Below are positions 28,997-39,035 of a stretch of DNA of 64,000 nucleotides, one piece after another. The stretch lies in NCBI GenBank assembly GCA_965248535.1, contig CBDFJR010000005.1, forward strand, positions 480,001 to 544,000, given 5' to 3'. How positions within the stretch are numbered: position 1 is the stretch's first letter; every line of letters starts with the position of its first letter. Under the pieces are notes generated by a model. That model ran no database searches, was not told where the DNA came from, and was given only the letters and a program-made list of their open reading frames with translations. A program made the position numbers and the translations under genes. The stretch comes from Phormidesmis sp. (GTDB lineage: Bacteria > Cyanobacteriota > Cyanobacteriia > Leptolyngbyales > Leptolyngbyaceae).

Positions 28997-30094
28997 TCAA
29001 TCCCTGGTCAAATCTATTCTCGCTTCTGGCAAAATAATCATGGCATCCCCGAAAGAATAGAAGCGATAGGGATGCTCGATCGCGGCTTGATAGAGCTTCA
29101 GCAATCGTTCTCGCCCGATCAAAGCGCTCACCAGCATCAGCAAACTAGACTTTGGCAAATGAAAATTTGTGATCAATCCATCTACCACGCGCCACTGATA
29201 GCTGGGGTAAATAAACAGCGCAGTCTTGCCACAAAAAGGCTGAATCTCTCCCGACTGAGCCGCTGCTTCTAAAGACCTGACGCTCGTCGTTCCGACGGCG
29301 ATCACGCGCCCGCCTCGATCTTTGGTCTGACGAATTTTCTCAACGGTTTCGTTAGAAACCTCAACCCATTCACCGTGCATGGAATGGTGCGTAATGTCTT
29401 CACTCTCCACCGGACGGAAGGTGCCCACCCCGACGTGCAGGGTGACAAACGCCTGATCAATGCCCTTTTGCCGCAAGCGATCGAGCAACTCTGGCGTAAA
29501 GTGCAATCCCGCAGTTGGGGCCGCGACGGCTCCGAGACGATCGGCATAGACGGTCTGGTATTGCTCTGGCTGAGACTCGCTATCAGTAATGTAGGGCGGC
29601 AGGGGAAGTTGCCCAAACTGATCTAATACTTCGAGGAGAGATTGGTTGTCAGAGACCTCAAACTGAAGGATTCTACCCCGCGTTGCCTCGTCGCTAGAAA
29701 CCACGATCGCGCTCACGCTAACCCCACAGTCTGGCTGCAAGGGAGTTAATAAAATCTTGCTGCCAGGCTTGAGCCGCCTACCCGGTTTGACTAGCGCTAA
29801 CCATTGATTGGGCTGTTGTTCTTCTAACAACAGCACTTCTACTTTAGTGCCGCCAGTTTTTTGCCCATAAAGCCTAGCTGGAAGCACTCGCGTATTATTG
29901 AGAATGAGTAAGTCTCCAGGCTTAAGCAAGTCAGGTAGCTCTCGAAAAATCTGGTGACGATGCTGAGTCTGATCGGCTACAACCAGCAGTTGGGCACTGT
30001 CTCTGGGAATCGCCGCCGTTTGAGAAATTTGATCCTGCGGCAGAAAATAGTCATAAGCAGAAAGCGAAAGGTCGGCATCCACACGATCGAGCAT
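28997..30094 (-). CDS. queA: SAM:tRNA ribosyltransferase-isomerase
   Basis: NNTRVLPARL, PLPPYI, AAPTAGLHF, LHVGVGTF, VGTTSVR, TNFHLPKS, YSFGDAM. Confidence 0.97.
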   Translation of the reverse strand: MLDRVDADLSLSAYDYFLPQDQISQTAAIPRDSAQLLVVADQTQHRHQIFRELPDLLKPGDLLILNNTRVLPARLYGQKTGGTKVEVLLLEEQQPNQWLALVKPGRRLKPGSKILLTPLQPDCGVSVSAIVVSSDEATRGRILQFEVSDNQSLLEVLDQFGQLPLPPYITDSESQPEQYQTVYADRLGAVAAPTAGLHFTPELLDRLRQKGIDQAFVTLHVGVGTFRPVESEDITHHSMHGEWVEVSNETVEKIRQTKDRGGRVIAVGTTSVRSLEAAAQSGEIQPFCGKTALFIYPSYQWRVVDGLITNFHLPKSSLLMLVSALIGRERLLKLYQAAIEHPYRFYSFGDAMIILPEARIDLTRD

Positions 30095-30264
30095 TAGTGA
30101 TAGCAGTTGATTCTCCCATTAAAACATGAGGTTATTGGCTCTCTACCCACTCCCCTTTTTAGAATTGGGTGAATTCACGTATAAGATGTCGGGTGCATTC
30201 ACCCTACTGGCTCAGAGCATTTGCAGGGATCATAAAGAAGTAGCATTTGCTCAACCAAACGGAC

Positions 30265-30654
30265 ATGGAATATCTCTACTACCTCGCGAATGCCAGTCTG
30301 ACTCTGAGAATCGTTGAGTATCTTCACTCTATGAGCCAATTGAGCGTTGGCTTTATGACGGTGATTCATCAGATTGATGGTTGGGTGGTCAAGGTGAAGA
30401 TGAGCCATGCCCTCGATCCTCAACGAGATGGTGACTTGCGCGCCTTCTTAAACGAGTTGGGCATTCCCTATCAGCCCGGCATTCGGGTGCAGATGGCCCT
30501 TTGGGGGCTAGAAACGGGGCAGTCGCCGATCGATGTGATGCAGCGTTATCAGGTTGCAGTCGTTTCTCATGGCACTCCTGATGGTCAAGAAATTGAAGAA
30601 TTTCGTAAGCAGTTTGTGCAAGGCTTAGGGTATTGTCCTGAAACCTTGGCCTAA
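30265..30654 (+). CDS. Conserved cyanobacterial hypothetical protein
   Basis: MEYLYYLANASLTLR...FMTVIHQIDGWVV...GLGYCPETLA; ATG 30265 preferred over TTG 30247. Confidence 0.8.
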   Translation: MEYLYYLANASLTLRIVEYLHSMSQLSVGFMTVIHQIDGWVVKVKMSHALDPQRDGDLRAFLNELGIPYQPGIRVQMALWGLETGQSPIDVMQRYQVAVVSHGTPDGQEIEEFRKQFVQGLGYCPETLA

Positions 30655-30754
30655 TCATCCCCAGTCAGTTCAGTGAGTTCTCAGTCTTTTAGAATCCACA
30701 ATGTTGGTGAACGATCTGACTGTCCAATCGCCGCTGAAAGTCTCGTCATTTCGT

Positions 30755-31285
30755 TTAGAGGGTAAACGCCGCTTGAATGTATTCATGGAGCGTGAGGTGA
30801 TAGCCTGCGATCGTGCGAGTCATCGGCAAATCTGACTCAGATGAAACTATCAAATCAGACTTCTGTAGCCGTGCAGCGCTAGGGTCAACACCTTGCGCTC
30901 TTTTTTTTGAAGCGGATTGACAACGCACGAGCGCCACATCAAATCGACAGGGCAGCATGGCTAGGTCGGGGTGCTTGACCAGAAATAACTGCGCGGTTTG
31001 CCAAAGTTTTTTCTGCTTGGTTGGAGTGATGGCTAACAGTCCATCGCTGTCCCAATTGCCTTGGCTACGAGTTTTGACTTCGACAAAGGTCAACCCGTGA
31101 GGCAGATCAGAGCAGGCAATGATGTCAATTTCACCAAATCGGCAGTGCCATCGCTGCTGCAAAATTTGCCACCCCTGCGATCGTAGCCAGTCAGCGACAA
31201 ATTCTTCGCCTAGGGTGCCGAGAGTCGTCGTGGATTTGGGCGGGTCAGAAGATGCAGGGGAGTTCACAGATTCAGGTACTATCAA
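30755..31285 (-). CDS. YraN/UPF0102 family protein
   Basis: G.LGE..VA..L, GEIDII, FVEVKTR, CRFDV. Confidence 0.9.
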   Translation of the reverse strand: MIVPESVNSPASSDPPKSTTTLGTLGEEFVADWLRSQGWQILQQRWHCRFGEIDIIACSDLPHGLTFVEVKTRSQGNWDSDGLLAITPTKQKKLWQTAQLFLVKHPDLAMLPCRFDVALVRCQSASKKRAQGVDPSAARLQKSDLIVSSESDLPMTRTIAGYHLTLHEYIQAAFTL

Positions 31286-31387
31286 AGGAGATGACTGGGG
31301 ATGAGAACGTCTTGACTGTTTGACGGTTTATTCTCAAAGTGCCCGGATTATCTGCTGCAATAAACTGTCAGACCCAACCGATTAAAA

Positions 31388-31942
31388 ATGAGTCGTCATC
31401 CCCATATTTTCTCTGTTCAACTAACGCAATGCTGGCTGGTTGAGGTGCGTTTAGCGTTCAGATTTGCACTGAAAAGATTTGTTCTATTTTTGTTGGGTTG
31501 GCTGTGGATTTCAGGCATGGTTTCTAACCCAGTTCTCGCAGAAGACTATGACAAAGATTTCTTGGTTCGCGCCGACTTTTCAAACCGGGTCTTAGTTGAC
31601 TCTAGTTTCACCAAAGCAAATCTGCGAGAGATTAACCTGAGCAATAGCGATCTGCGAGGCGTGAGCCTGTTTGGTGCCAACCTAGAAAGTGCCAATTTGG
31701 AGGGAGCCAACCTCAGCAACAGCACCCTTGATACGGCTCGGTTTGTGGGTGCAAATCTCACAAACGCCATTTTAGAAGGGGCTTTTGCCTTTAATGCAAA
31801 GTTTGACGGGGCCACGATCGACGGAGCCGATTTTACAGATGTTGAGTTTAGAGCCGATGCTCAAAAGCTTCTCTGCAAGTTAGCAAAAGGGGTCAACCCA
31901 GTCACAGGTCGAAAGACCAGAGACACCCTCTATTGTGATTAG
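31388..31942 (+). CDS. Pentapeptide repeat protein, probably exported/lumenal
   Basis: A(N/D)Lxx repeats, signal peptide ending VLA, C-terminal LC...G.NP.TG..TR.TL.C; start uncertain. Confidence 0.9.
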   Translation: MSRHPHIFSVQLTQCWLVEVRLAFRFALKRFVLFLLGWLWISGMVSNPVLAEDYDKDFLVRADFSNRVLVDSSFTKANLREINLSNSDLRGVSLFGANLESANLEGANLSNSTLDTARFVGANLTNAILEGAFAFNAKFDGATIDGADFTDVEFRADAQKLLCKLAKGVNPVTGRKTRDTLYCD

Positions 31943-31968
31943 CGATGAGCGGGTATAACCTTGCCAAG

Positions 31969-33366
31969 TTATTCATTCATGGTCTTATAAGTAGCCACGG
32001 CTGACGGTGAAATGCGGTTGAGATAACGGAAAATCCAGTATTTGAAAATCGTGTCTAAAATCACTGGGAACGTGGCAATAAACAAAAAGATAAAATCGTG
32101 ACTGGCCGGAAGCCCAAAATGTTTGGCGATTCCTTCTAACAGCACTTCCCAACCGTGGGGAGAGTGAAATCCTACAAAAATATCTGTGAACAAAATAATG
32201 ATGAAGGCTTTAGCACTGTCGCTCAACCCATAGACGACTTCATCCATAAAAGATTTGAGAACTACGACTTCTCGCTTGCCTCGAATGAGCACGATCGTAA
32301 AGGCGATCGTCGCTAAAATATCGGCAATCCAGTTTTTAACCGCATCTCCACTTTGATAAGCAAATGTGGCTGCAATTTCTCCAGCTTTTTCCTTGATTTT
32401 TGCTTCGATTTCTTCAGCGACGATCGGAGCACGACCCAGGGTTTCACTGACTAAGTTTTCAAATTTGAGCCTTTCTTCATAGTGGTGCAGTTCTCCAAGC
32501 GCCTCTTCTGCCATCTCGGAGTTGATAAAGATGCTGCCTCGATTTTCGGCTTTAAACTGCTTAGAAATCGTCGCTCCAAAAGTGAAATTATTAGACAGTA
32601 AAATATTCCTAGAAACTTGCTGCACCAGCAGTGGAACCAAGATCAAAATCAGAATAAATCTCAGCGCTAAAACCGTTTTGACTTTAGAACTCCGAAACGT
32701 TTGAACAACTTCCTGTTCAGATTTTGGATCTAAATCTCGCTTAAGCCGATTCAAGGTTCCTAAGATTGAACGGGGTAATAAGCCCGTTTTATCAGAGACC
32801 GTCTCAAAGTCGCCTGCACGATCGGGGCTAGGTGAATAGGAAGCAGCCTCGATTTGATCCGTGTTAACCCGCACTGCGCCATTGGCAGTGTCTTGAACGG
32901 GCACCAAGGCAGTTGAAGAGATAGTCAACAGATTTTCTGTGGGATATCTGGCTAACACATCATCAATAAATCTGAGCTTCTCTATCATGATGGCGGGCTT
33001 ATCTCGCGCTGTAGACGCTAAACGAGAAGAGCCAAATTCTGGAGTTTCAATTGTTTTTAAGGGGCGATCGGACAGAGCAGGATTTGTGAGATTGAGCGTT
33101 GATCGGCTGAGTTTAAATTCTGCAAGTCCCATCCGCACGATCTTGAGATATTTATTCAAATCTGCTTCAAAAAAAGCGAATACATTCGGACTCAGCTTTG
33201 TCGATTCAGCGGCAATCTTTTTGCTGTTGAAGTGTTCGTCTTCGATCGCTTTAATTTTTAAAGCCGCGTCATAAGCGTGATCTAAAGCTCGATCGGGCGT
33301 TTCTAAATACCACCGTTCGGCACGGTTTAAATATCCCTTAAATCTGGCAAAAATCGATGTTTTCAT
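31969..33366 (-). CDS. pxcA: Proton extrusion protein PcxA (CemA family)
   Basis: LSDSAKAFIIILFTDIFVGFHSPHGWE, TFPVILDTIFKYWIFRYLNRISPS. Confidence 0.95.
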   Translation of the reverse strand: MKTSIFARFKGYLNRAERWYLETPDRALDHAYDAALKIKAIEDEHFNSKKIAAESTKLSPNVFAFFEADLNKYLKIVRMGLAEFKLSRSTLNLTNPALSDRPLKTIETPEFGSSRLASTARDKPAIMIEKLRFIDDVLARYPTENLLTISSTALVPVQDTANGAVRVNTDQIEAASYSPSPDRAGDFETVSDKTGLLPRSILGTLNRLKRDLDPKSEQEVVQTFRSSKVKTVLALRFILILILVPLLVQQVSRNILLSNNFTFGATISKQFKAENRGSIFINSEMAEEALGELHHYEERLKFENLVSETLGRAPIVAEEIEAKIKEKAGEIAATFAYQSGDAVKNWIADILATIAFTIVLIRGKREVVVLKSFMDEVVYGLSDSAKAFIIILFTDIFVGFHSPHGWEVLLEGIAKHFGLPASHDFIFLFIATFPVILDTIFKYWIFRYLNRISPSAVATYKTMNE

Positions 33367-33686
33367 GGCGCAAACTTAAAATCGCTTTCCGTCGGCTGTA
33401 GTGATTTGACCACAATTTGCTGGTCAGAGACAAGTGCTGATTGGCTCAGTTTCGGCAGTGATTGAGTAACATTGAGCACGATACAACGAAAAAAATCGGG
33501 GAGTTAAGAGGGTGTAGAGAACCTAAACCGTTTTGAAATCGAACGATCGTGAACTCACGTCACTTTAAACCTGCCTTCGACACAGATCTAGGATAGAGAG
33601 AGTCTTAGCGTTTATCAACGTCAAGAGCGGTGAGTGCCAACCATTGGAATGCTAAGTATTTTAACAAATTCATCCGGGGCTAATTT

Positions 33687-34994
33687 GTGCTTTCACAATC
33701 TATTTGGGTTATCGGGGCAACACGGAGCGGTAAAACGACGCGGTTAGTGAGTCAGTTTTGCGATTGGGTTCGTCCGGTGATCGCACACTCCCCTCATCAG
33801 GCAGATCTGGGTGTGCTGGTGCTGTCAGCGATCGGAGACAACCGCCTCAATTTGTCTGAGCGTCTGACGGCCGCGACTCAAGGCAAGTGTCCGTTTAGGG
33901 CGACGACTCCTTTAGGATTTTTTGAAGATGAGGTGATGCTGTTTTGGTCGCTGCTGATTCAACATTTGGGGCTAGCGGCCCAGTTTCCGGTTAGACTTCG
34001 CCCCGAAAACGAACAAGAACTGGCGACTCGTCTCTGGAGAGTCGAATTGGATGACGCGATCGCCCGATCGAGCCTCTCCGAAGCCCGACTTGTGCGACGA
34101 ATTCTAGATTTGATGCAGTTAGCAGCCCTGAGCGGACTGACGATCGACCACATTCCAACACTTTTAGACCAGGGCTTACCCAGACAACCTGACGAACCGG
34201 GAAACGATCTGCCTTTGCCCCATGCAACGGTCTGTGAAATGCTCCAGGGCTGGCGTACCTGGTGTCTGCGACGAGGACTGTTGACCTACGGCGTGATTGC
34301 CGAGCTATATTGGCGCTATTTGCTGCCTGATCCTACCTATCAGCACCATCTGACTCAGCGCTATCAAGCTGTTTTAGCGGATGATGTCGATGAATATCCG
34401 GCGATCGTGCGCCATTTGTTTGAGTGTTTACTCGACTACAACGTTGCCGGAGCCTTTAGCTTTAACCCTGACGGAGCCGTGCGGCAAGGGCTAGGAGCCG
34501 ATCCCAGCTATTTAAACGGGTTAGCTCTGCGGTGTCAGCAGGAAGTTTTGAGCGATCGCGCCGTTACCTGTCTAGCCGATGATTTGGGGGAGTCGATCGT
34601 AGAATTAATCACCGACCCCATCTTTTTTGCCACCTTGCCGGAGTCTGTGCAAACGATTCAAACAACGACGCAAGCCCAGCTACTGCGGCAAACGGGTGAC
34701 GTGATCACCAAAGCCATCCAGTCAGGACAGGTTGAGCCGAGAGAGATTGCTCTGATTGGGCCGGGGATCGATCCCATCTCTCGCTATGCGCTGGCGGCGA
34801 TTCTCACCCGTCGCGGCATTCCGGTCGAAACGCTCAATGATCAGCGCCCTCTGTCGAGTAGTCCTATCATCCGATCGCTGTTGACGCTGCTAACGCTGGT
34901 TTACCCGGGTTTAGGGCGATTGGTCGATCGAGACACGATCGCCGAAATGCTCGTCGTCTTAAGCCAAAAATCCAGTTCTGCAATCCTCGCCTGA
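33687..34994 (+). CDS. N-terminal part of a degenerate UvrD/AddB-like P-loop protein (interrupted by in-frame TGA)
   Basis: Walker A GATRSGKT, Walker B LADDVDEY, PREIALI; same frame as the 35031 ORF. Confidence 0.7.
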   Translation: MLSQSIWVIGATRSGKTTRLVSQFCDWVRPVIAHSPHQADLGVLVLSAIGDNRLNLSERLTAATQGKCPFRATTPLGFFEDEVMLFWSLLIQHLGLAAQFPVRLRPENEQELATRLWRVELDDAIARSSLSEARLVRRILDLMQLAALSGLTIDHIPTLLDQGLPRQPDEPGNDLPLPHATVCEMLQGWRTWCLRRGLLTYGVIAELYWRYLLPDPTYQHHLTQRYQAVLADDVDEYPAIVRHLFECLLDYNVAGAFSFNPDGAVRQGLGADPSYLNGLALRCQQEVLSDRAVTCLADDLGESIVELITDPIFFATLPESVQTIQTTTQAQLLRQTGDVITKAIQSGQVEPREIALIGPGIDPISRYALAAILTRRGIPVETLNDQRPLSSSPIIRSLLTLLTLVYPGLGRLVDRDTIAEMLVVLSQKSSSAILA

Positions 34995-35030
34995 ACCTCT
35001 AACGACGCTTCTACCCGTCAGTCCCCTTTT

Positions 35031-35843
35031 TTGATTGATCCCGTTCGCGCCGGGCTAATTGCCGATCATTGTTTTGAGCCTCACCCTGATCGTCCTAGTT
35101 TGCTTCCGGCCACCACCTTTCCGCGCTGGGATCGGTTGGGCTATCAGGCGACCAAAGCCTATGAAGAGATTGTGGTCTGGATTGAGGGGCAGCGATCGCA
35201 GTTGTCGCAGCGATTGATCGCCAGTCCGACGGTGTTGCTCGATCGTGCCATTCAACGTTTCTTTTTAGGCGGCAGTCACCTGCCCTTTGACCAACTCGCC
35301 GCCCTGAGAGAACTGATTGAAACCGCTCAACACTATTGGGAAGTAGACGCTCGACTAAGACAAATCGACAAAACCGACGCGCCTCCCTCTATGACAGTGA
35401 ACCGATTTGTGCAACTGCTTAGACAAGGGACGGTGACGGCCAATCCGTTTCCGGTGAGACCGATCGGGCCCTCCAGCAATGCTGTTACGTTGGCAACTGT
35501 GTTTCAATATCGATCGAGTCGGCGGTCTCACCGTTGGCAGTTTTGGCTAGATGCAGGGTCAACTCGCTGGCTGAGTGGCGTAGACTCGCTGTTTGCGGCT
35601 CCTTTATTTTTGCAAGACTGGTCGGGCAAACCCTGGACAGCCGACGACACCCAAACCTCTAACGAGCAGCGCTTGAGACGAATTTTGCTTGATCTCTTAG
35701 GTCGCGCCGAAGAGCGGGTGTTCCTTTGCTATGGCGATTTAGCCACCAATGGGCAAGAACAAACTGGAATTTTGACGACGCTGGTAAATGCCGCGATGCC
35801 GATCGGGCTGTTCTCTCTAGAAGACACCCTATCCGAACCCTAG
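35031..35843 (+). CDS. C-terminal part of the same degenerate SF1-helicase-like protein
   Basis: AVTLATVFQYR (motif V-like) and EQRLRRILLDLLGRAEERVFL (motif VI-like). Confidence 0.65.
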   Translation: MIDPVRAGLIADHCFEPHPDRPSLLPATTFPRWDRLGYQATKAYEEIVVWIEGQRSQLSQRLIASPTVLLDRAIQRFFLGGSHLPFDQLAALRELIETAQHYWEVDARLRQIDKTDAPPSMTVNRFVQLLRQGTVTANPFPVRPIGPSSNAVTLATVFQYRSSRRSHRWQFWLDAGSTRWLSGVDSLFAAPLFLQDWSGKPWTADDTQTSNEQRLRRILLDLLGRAEERVFLCYGDLATNGQEQTGILTTLVNAAMPIGLFSLEDTLSEP

Positions 35844-36032
35844 GATCGTGGATTAAATAACTCCGTCAATTGCCAGGTTGTCTCGCCCTCACCCCAGCCC
35901 TTTCCCAATCTGGGAGAGAGAGCAAGAGTCCGGTTCCCCTTCTCTCAAATTGGGAGAAGGGTTAGGGGAGGGCTTCGCCCCACTTCGTGAGGAGGGCGAA
36001 GATCTCGGCATTCATAAATCCACGTTCCCTAG
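35840..36032. mobile_element. MITE-like / small dispersed palindromic repeat 1 (193 bp)
   Basis: Imperfect terminal inverted repeats CTAGGATCGTGGATTAAAT / ATAAATCCACGTTCCCTAG; nested internal hairpins. Confidence 0.7.
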
Positions 36033-36039
36033 TTTGCAA

Positions 36040-36233
36040 CTAGTAGTCCGCCAAACTAAATCTGAAGAGTCATATCGAACGACCTAGCCAAGATCTCGTT
36101 TGCAGGGGGTTTGGGGGAGGCAACCGTCCCCCAATAGGGGTTTGGGGGCACGCCCCCAAGGGTCGGAAGCCCAAGACCATCGCCTCATCGCCAAAGATCA
36201 GTACTAGTCAACGTTGAATGGGTGAACGACTAG
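36040..36233. mobile_element. MITE-like element 2 (194 bp) with GGGGTTTGGGGG..CCCCCAA core
   Basis: CTAG at both ends, 16/26 terminal inverted match, two tandem GC-rich hairpin units at 36105-36159. Confidence 0.55.
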
Positions 36234-36258
36234 TCGGCATGAGTGAACTTAGAGGCTC

Positions 36259-37512
36259 TCAGGCGATCGCGGACAATAACTGAGATTCAATCTCTCGTGG
36301 ATACAAAAGCCAAACTTTTTGCACAGGCTGCGTCAGCGTTTTAACGAGCGGCGACAACTCACTGATTTCCTGCAAACCTGTTGATGTTTGCAGATTAATG
36401 CCTCGCTGATAGAGCGTGTAACCTCGGTTGATAAACGTTCTCAGCCCCGCGTAGTAGCTGGCGACAAATCCGGCTTCTGTCAATAGATAGTGAACTTTGT
36501 CGAGCAGCATTTGGCGATCGCTCTCTTCTAAATGGCTGACCTCTAGCGCTTTGAGCAAGTCTCGATCTAAAAAACGACGACACAAATCAGCTAAAACAGG
36601 ATCGGAACCCTGCTGCCAGCGCTGCAAATGGTAGATAAACACCCCATCGTCAGCCGACAAATAGCGATCGAGCGTTAGCTGATTGCAGTCACCACTTAAC
36701 CAGGCAGTGACAGTTTCATCGGCGGTCAACTCTCCGATCTGAAGCTGAGTGCGGGCCCGATCGAAGGCTTGATTTAACACCCAAGTCGCGGCAATATTTT
36801 TGGGATGGTTGTAAATCTGGGCATACATAAAATAGCGGACGATCAGATAATGCTCGATCGCCGCCATGCCCTTTTGCGCCACCACCAACTGCTGACTGAC
36901 GGGATCATATCGCAACGCCATGAGAATGCGATCGAGGTCAATCTTGCCGTAAGAGGCCCCCGTAAAGTAGCTGTCGCGCATCAAATAATCAAGGCGATCG
37001 CAGTCAAGCTGACTTGACACCAACTGCGACACCAGCGGCACCGGATATTTTTTTAAGTAAGTTTGCTCAATGTGATTCAACAAATCTGGGTGAAAGCGAT
37101 CGAGCAATTCACAAATCGGCCGATATTCTCGCAAGATCCGCCGAGTCCAGTGCTCGTGATCACAGCCAAAAACCTCTTCCGCCGTGTGGCTAAACGCGCC
37201 ATGTCCGATATCGTGCAACAAGGCTGCACACAAGACGACAGGGCGATGAACCTGTAGCTGCGGATAAGACTTAGCAAGGCGATCGAAGGCTCGACGAGCC
37301 ACAGCCATTACGCCCAGTGAATGAGTAAACCGAGAACCCTCTGCCCCATGAAAGGTCAAACTCGCTGGGCCTAACTGCCGAATGCGTCGCAATCGCTGAA
37401 ATGCAGGCGTATCGATCAATCGAATCAGCAGTGCCTCAGTCGGATCGCCACTGTTGAGCGTGATCGCACCGTGGAGAGGATCGTGATAAGTTCGCTCAGA
37501 GTTGGGCAGCAA
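36259..37512 (-). CDS. HD-domain phosphohydrolase (SAMHD1/dNTPase-like)
   Basis: DPLHG, FQRLRRIRQLG, RFTHSLG, LLHDIGHGAFSH, LDCDRLDYL.RD. Confidence 0.92.
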   Translation of the reverse strand: MLPNSERTYHDPLHGAITLNSGDPTEALLIRLIDTPAFQRLRRIRQLGPASLTFHGAEGSRFTHSLGVMAVARRAFDRLAKSYPQLQVHRPVVLCAALLHDIGHGAFSHTAEEVFGCDHEHWTRRILREYRPICELLDRFHPDLLNHIEQTYLKKYPVPLVSQLVSSQLDCDRLDYLMRDSYFTGASYGKIDLDRILMALRYDPVSQQLVVAQKGMAAIEHYLIVRYFMYAQIYNHPKNIAATWVLNQAFDRARTQLQIGELTADETVTAWLSGDCNQLTLDRYLSADDGVFIYHLQRWQQGSDPVLADLCRRFLDRDLLKALEVSHLEESDRQMLLDKVHYLLTEAGFVASYYAGLRTFINRGYTLYQRGINLQTSTGLQEISELSPLVKTLTQPVQKVWLLYPREIESQLLSAIA

Positions 37513-37550
37513 AAGAATGAACGGTAAAGGACAGTTCGAGAAGTTCCCGT

Positions 37551-38792
37551 CTAACTCGCGCCTGCGACCAGCGCAGTAGACGCGATCGCGTCCACTGCCG
37601 CTTGATATTGACGATCGCTCGGTGTTCCAATCTGGTCGAGCGTGATCGGGTCGAGGGGCACCACCTGATCCGGGATGATCCCTAATTTGTTGATGTCTGT
37701 GTGGCTCGGCGTTTCATACTTAGCGACTGTTACGGCGAGTCCGGCTCCATCTGACAAATCAAACAGAGATTGAATCAGCCCTTTGCCAAACGTCTTCTCA
37801 CCTAAAATAATTGCCCGCTTATTGTCTTTTAACGCCCCAGCTAAAATCTCGCTGGCGCTAGCAGTGCCCTGATTGACTAAAACCACCATTGGATCGCTCG
37901 TCAGAGCATTGCCCATCGCCTCAAAGCTGCCGATCGTGCCCTGCCGATTGACGGTGTAGACGATCGTGCCTTCATCAATCCACAGCCGCGCAATGTCAAT
38001 GCCCGCTTGCAGCAACCCACCGGGGTTATTTCGCAAATCTAAAACATAGCCATCGGCCCCCTGTTTTTCGAGCCGAGCGATCGCGTGACCTACTTCAGCC
38101 GTCGCATTAGCGTTAAACTGACTCAGCCGCAAATAGGCAATTTTTTTGCCATCGGGCTGAGGACGCAACTCAGCATAGACCGGGTTTAGCTCAATGCGAT
38201 CGCGCACTAAGTCAACGTCTAAGGCCGCTTCACCTTCTCGACTGATCGTGAGAGTGACGTGACTGCCAATTTGACCTCGCATCCGTTCAGCCGCATCGTC
38301 GAGCGACAGCCCTTGGGTCGAAACGCCATCAATCATCACAATGCTGTCTGCGGGTCGGATGCCCGACTTAGCCGCAGGTGAACCCTCAACCGGGGCAATC
38401 ACCCTCAGCCGCTTGGTTTCTGGGTCGAGAGAAATCTGTAACCCTACCCCCGTCAGTTCTCCAGAGGTGCTGGTTTGCAGACTGCGATATTGATCGGGCT
38501 TGAGCAACCGAGTAAATGGGTCATCTAACCCCGCAATCATCTGCTGAATCGCGGTATAGCTAGCTTCGCGATCGGGCAACGGTTGCTTCAAATACTTTTC
38601 TCGAATCGCCCACCAGTTTTGATGGTTAAAACTGGAATCGACATAAGAGCGATCGACAATGCGCCAAACTTCATTGACCAGCCGCTGCTCTTCACTGAGA
38701 GCGCTAGCAGAGGGCGCTAAGACACCCCAAATCAGCGCGATCGCCAACACGAATCCCGACAGTGAACGAACCCAAGAAAATCGTCTTCCCAT
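37551..38792 (-). CDS. ctpA: Carboxyl-terminal processing protease (S41A)
   Basis: Signal peptide, PDZ domain, LDLRNNPGG, TASASEI, FGKGLIQS; divergent from petB. Confidence 0.92.
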   Translation of the reverse strand: MGRRFSWVRSLSGFVLAIALIWGVLAPSASALSEEQRLVNEVWRIVDRSYVDSSFNHQNWWAIREKYLKQPLPDREASYTAIQQMIAGLDDPFTRLLKPDQYRSLQTSTSGELTGVGLQISLDPETKRLRVIAPVEGSPAAKSGIRPADSIVMIDGVSTQGLSLDDAAERMRGQIGSHVTLTISREGEAALDVDLVRDRIELNPVYAELRPQPDGKKIAYLRLSQFNANATAEVGHAIARLEKQGADGYVLDLRNNPGGLLQAGIDIARLWIDEGTIVYTVNRQGTIGSFEAMGNALTSDPMVVLVNQGTASASEILAGALKDNKRAIILGEKTFGKGLIQSLFDLSDGAGLAVTVAKYETPSHTDINKLGIIPDQVVPLDPITLDQIGTPSDRQYQAAVDAIASTALVAGAS

Positions 38793-39035
38793 AGCGATCG
38801 ATCCTAACTGGAAATGTCCTTAAATTTCCACATTGCCCAAGAGATGTAAATTTTGCTAGCTAAACTTTGCAAAAACAAAACTTTTCTTCACAAATATTTA
38901 AACCCGATCCCTGACGATCAGTAACCGCTAAAAGCGGCCAAACTTTGCTGAATTGCCGCTTCCCAGACTGCTATCGACCATTGGGCTGTGTTACATTTTT
39001 TATGAACAGCAATCATTTTTAGGAACGCTTGCTTT

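Noticed and set aside
34992..35030. Selenocysteine recoding at the in-frame TGA
   Set aside because: No SECIS-like hairpin follows, and the codon is in a linker with no redox motif
35878..36087. 69-aa ORF (PHPSPFP..GEGLGEG)
   Set aside because: It is a translation of the palindromic repeat element
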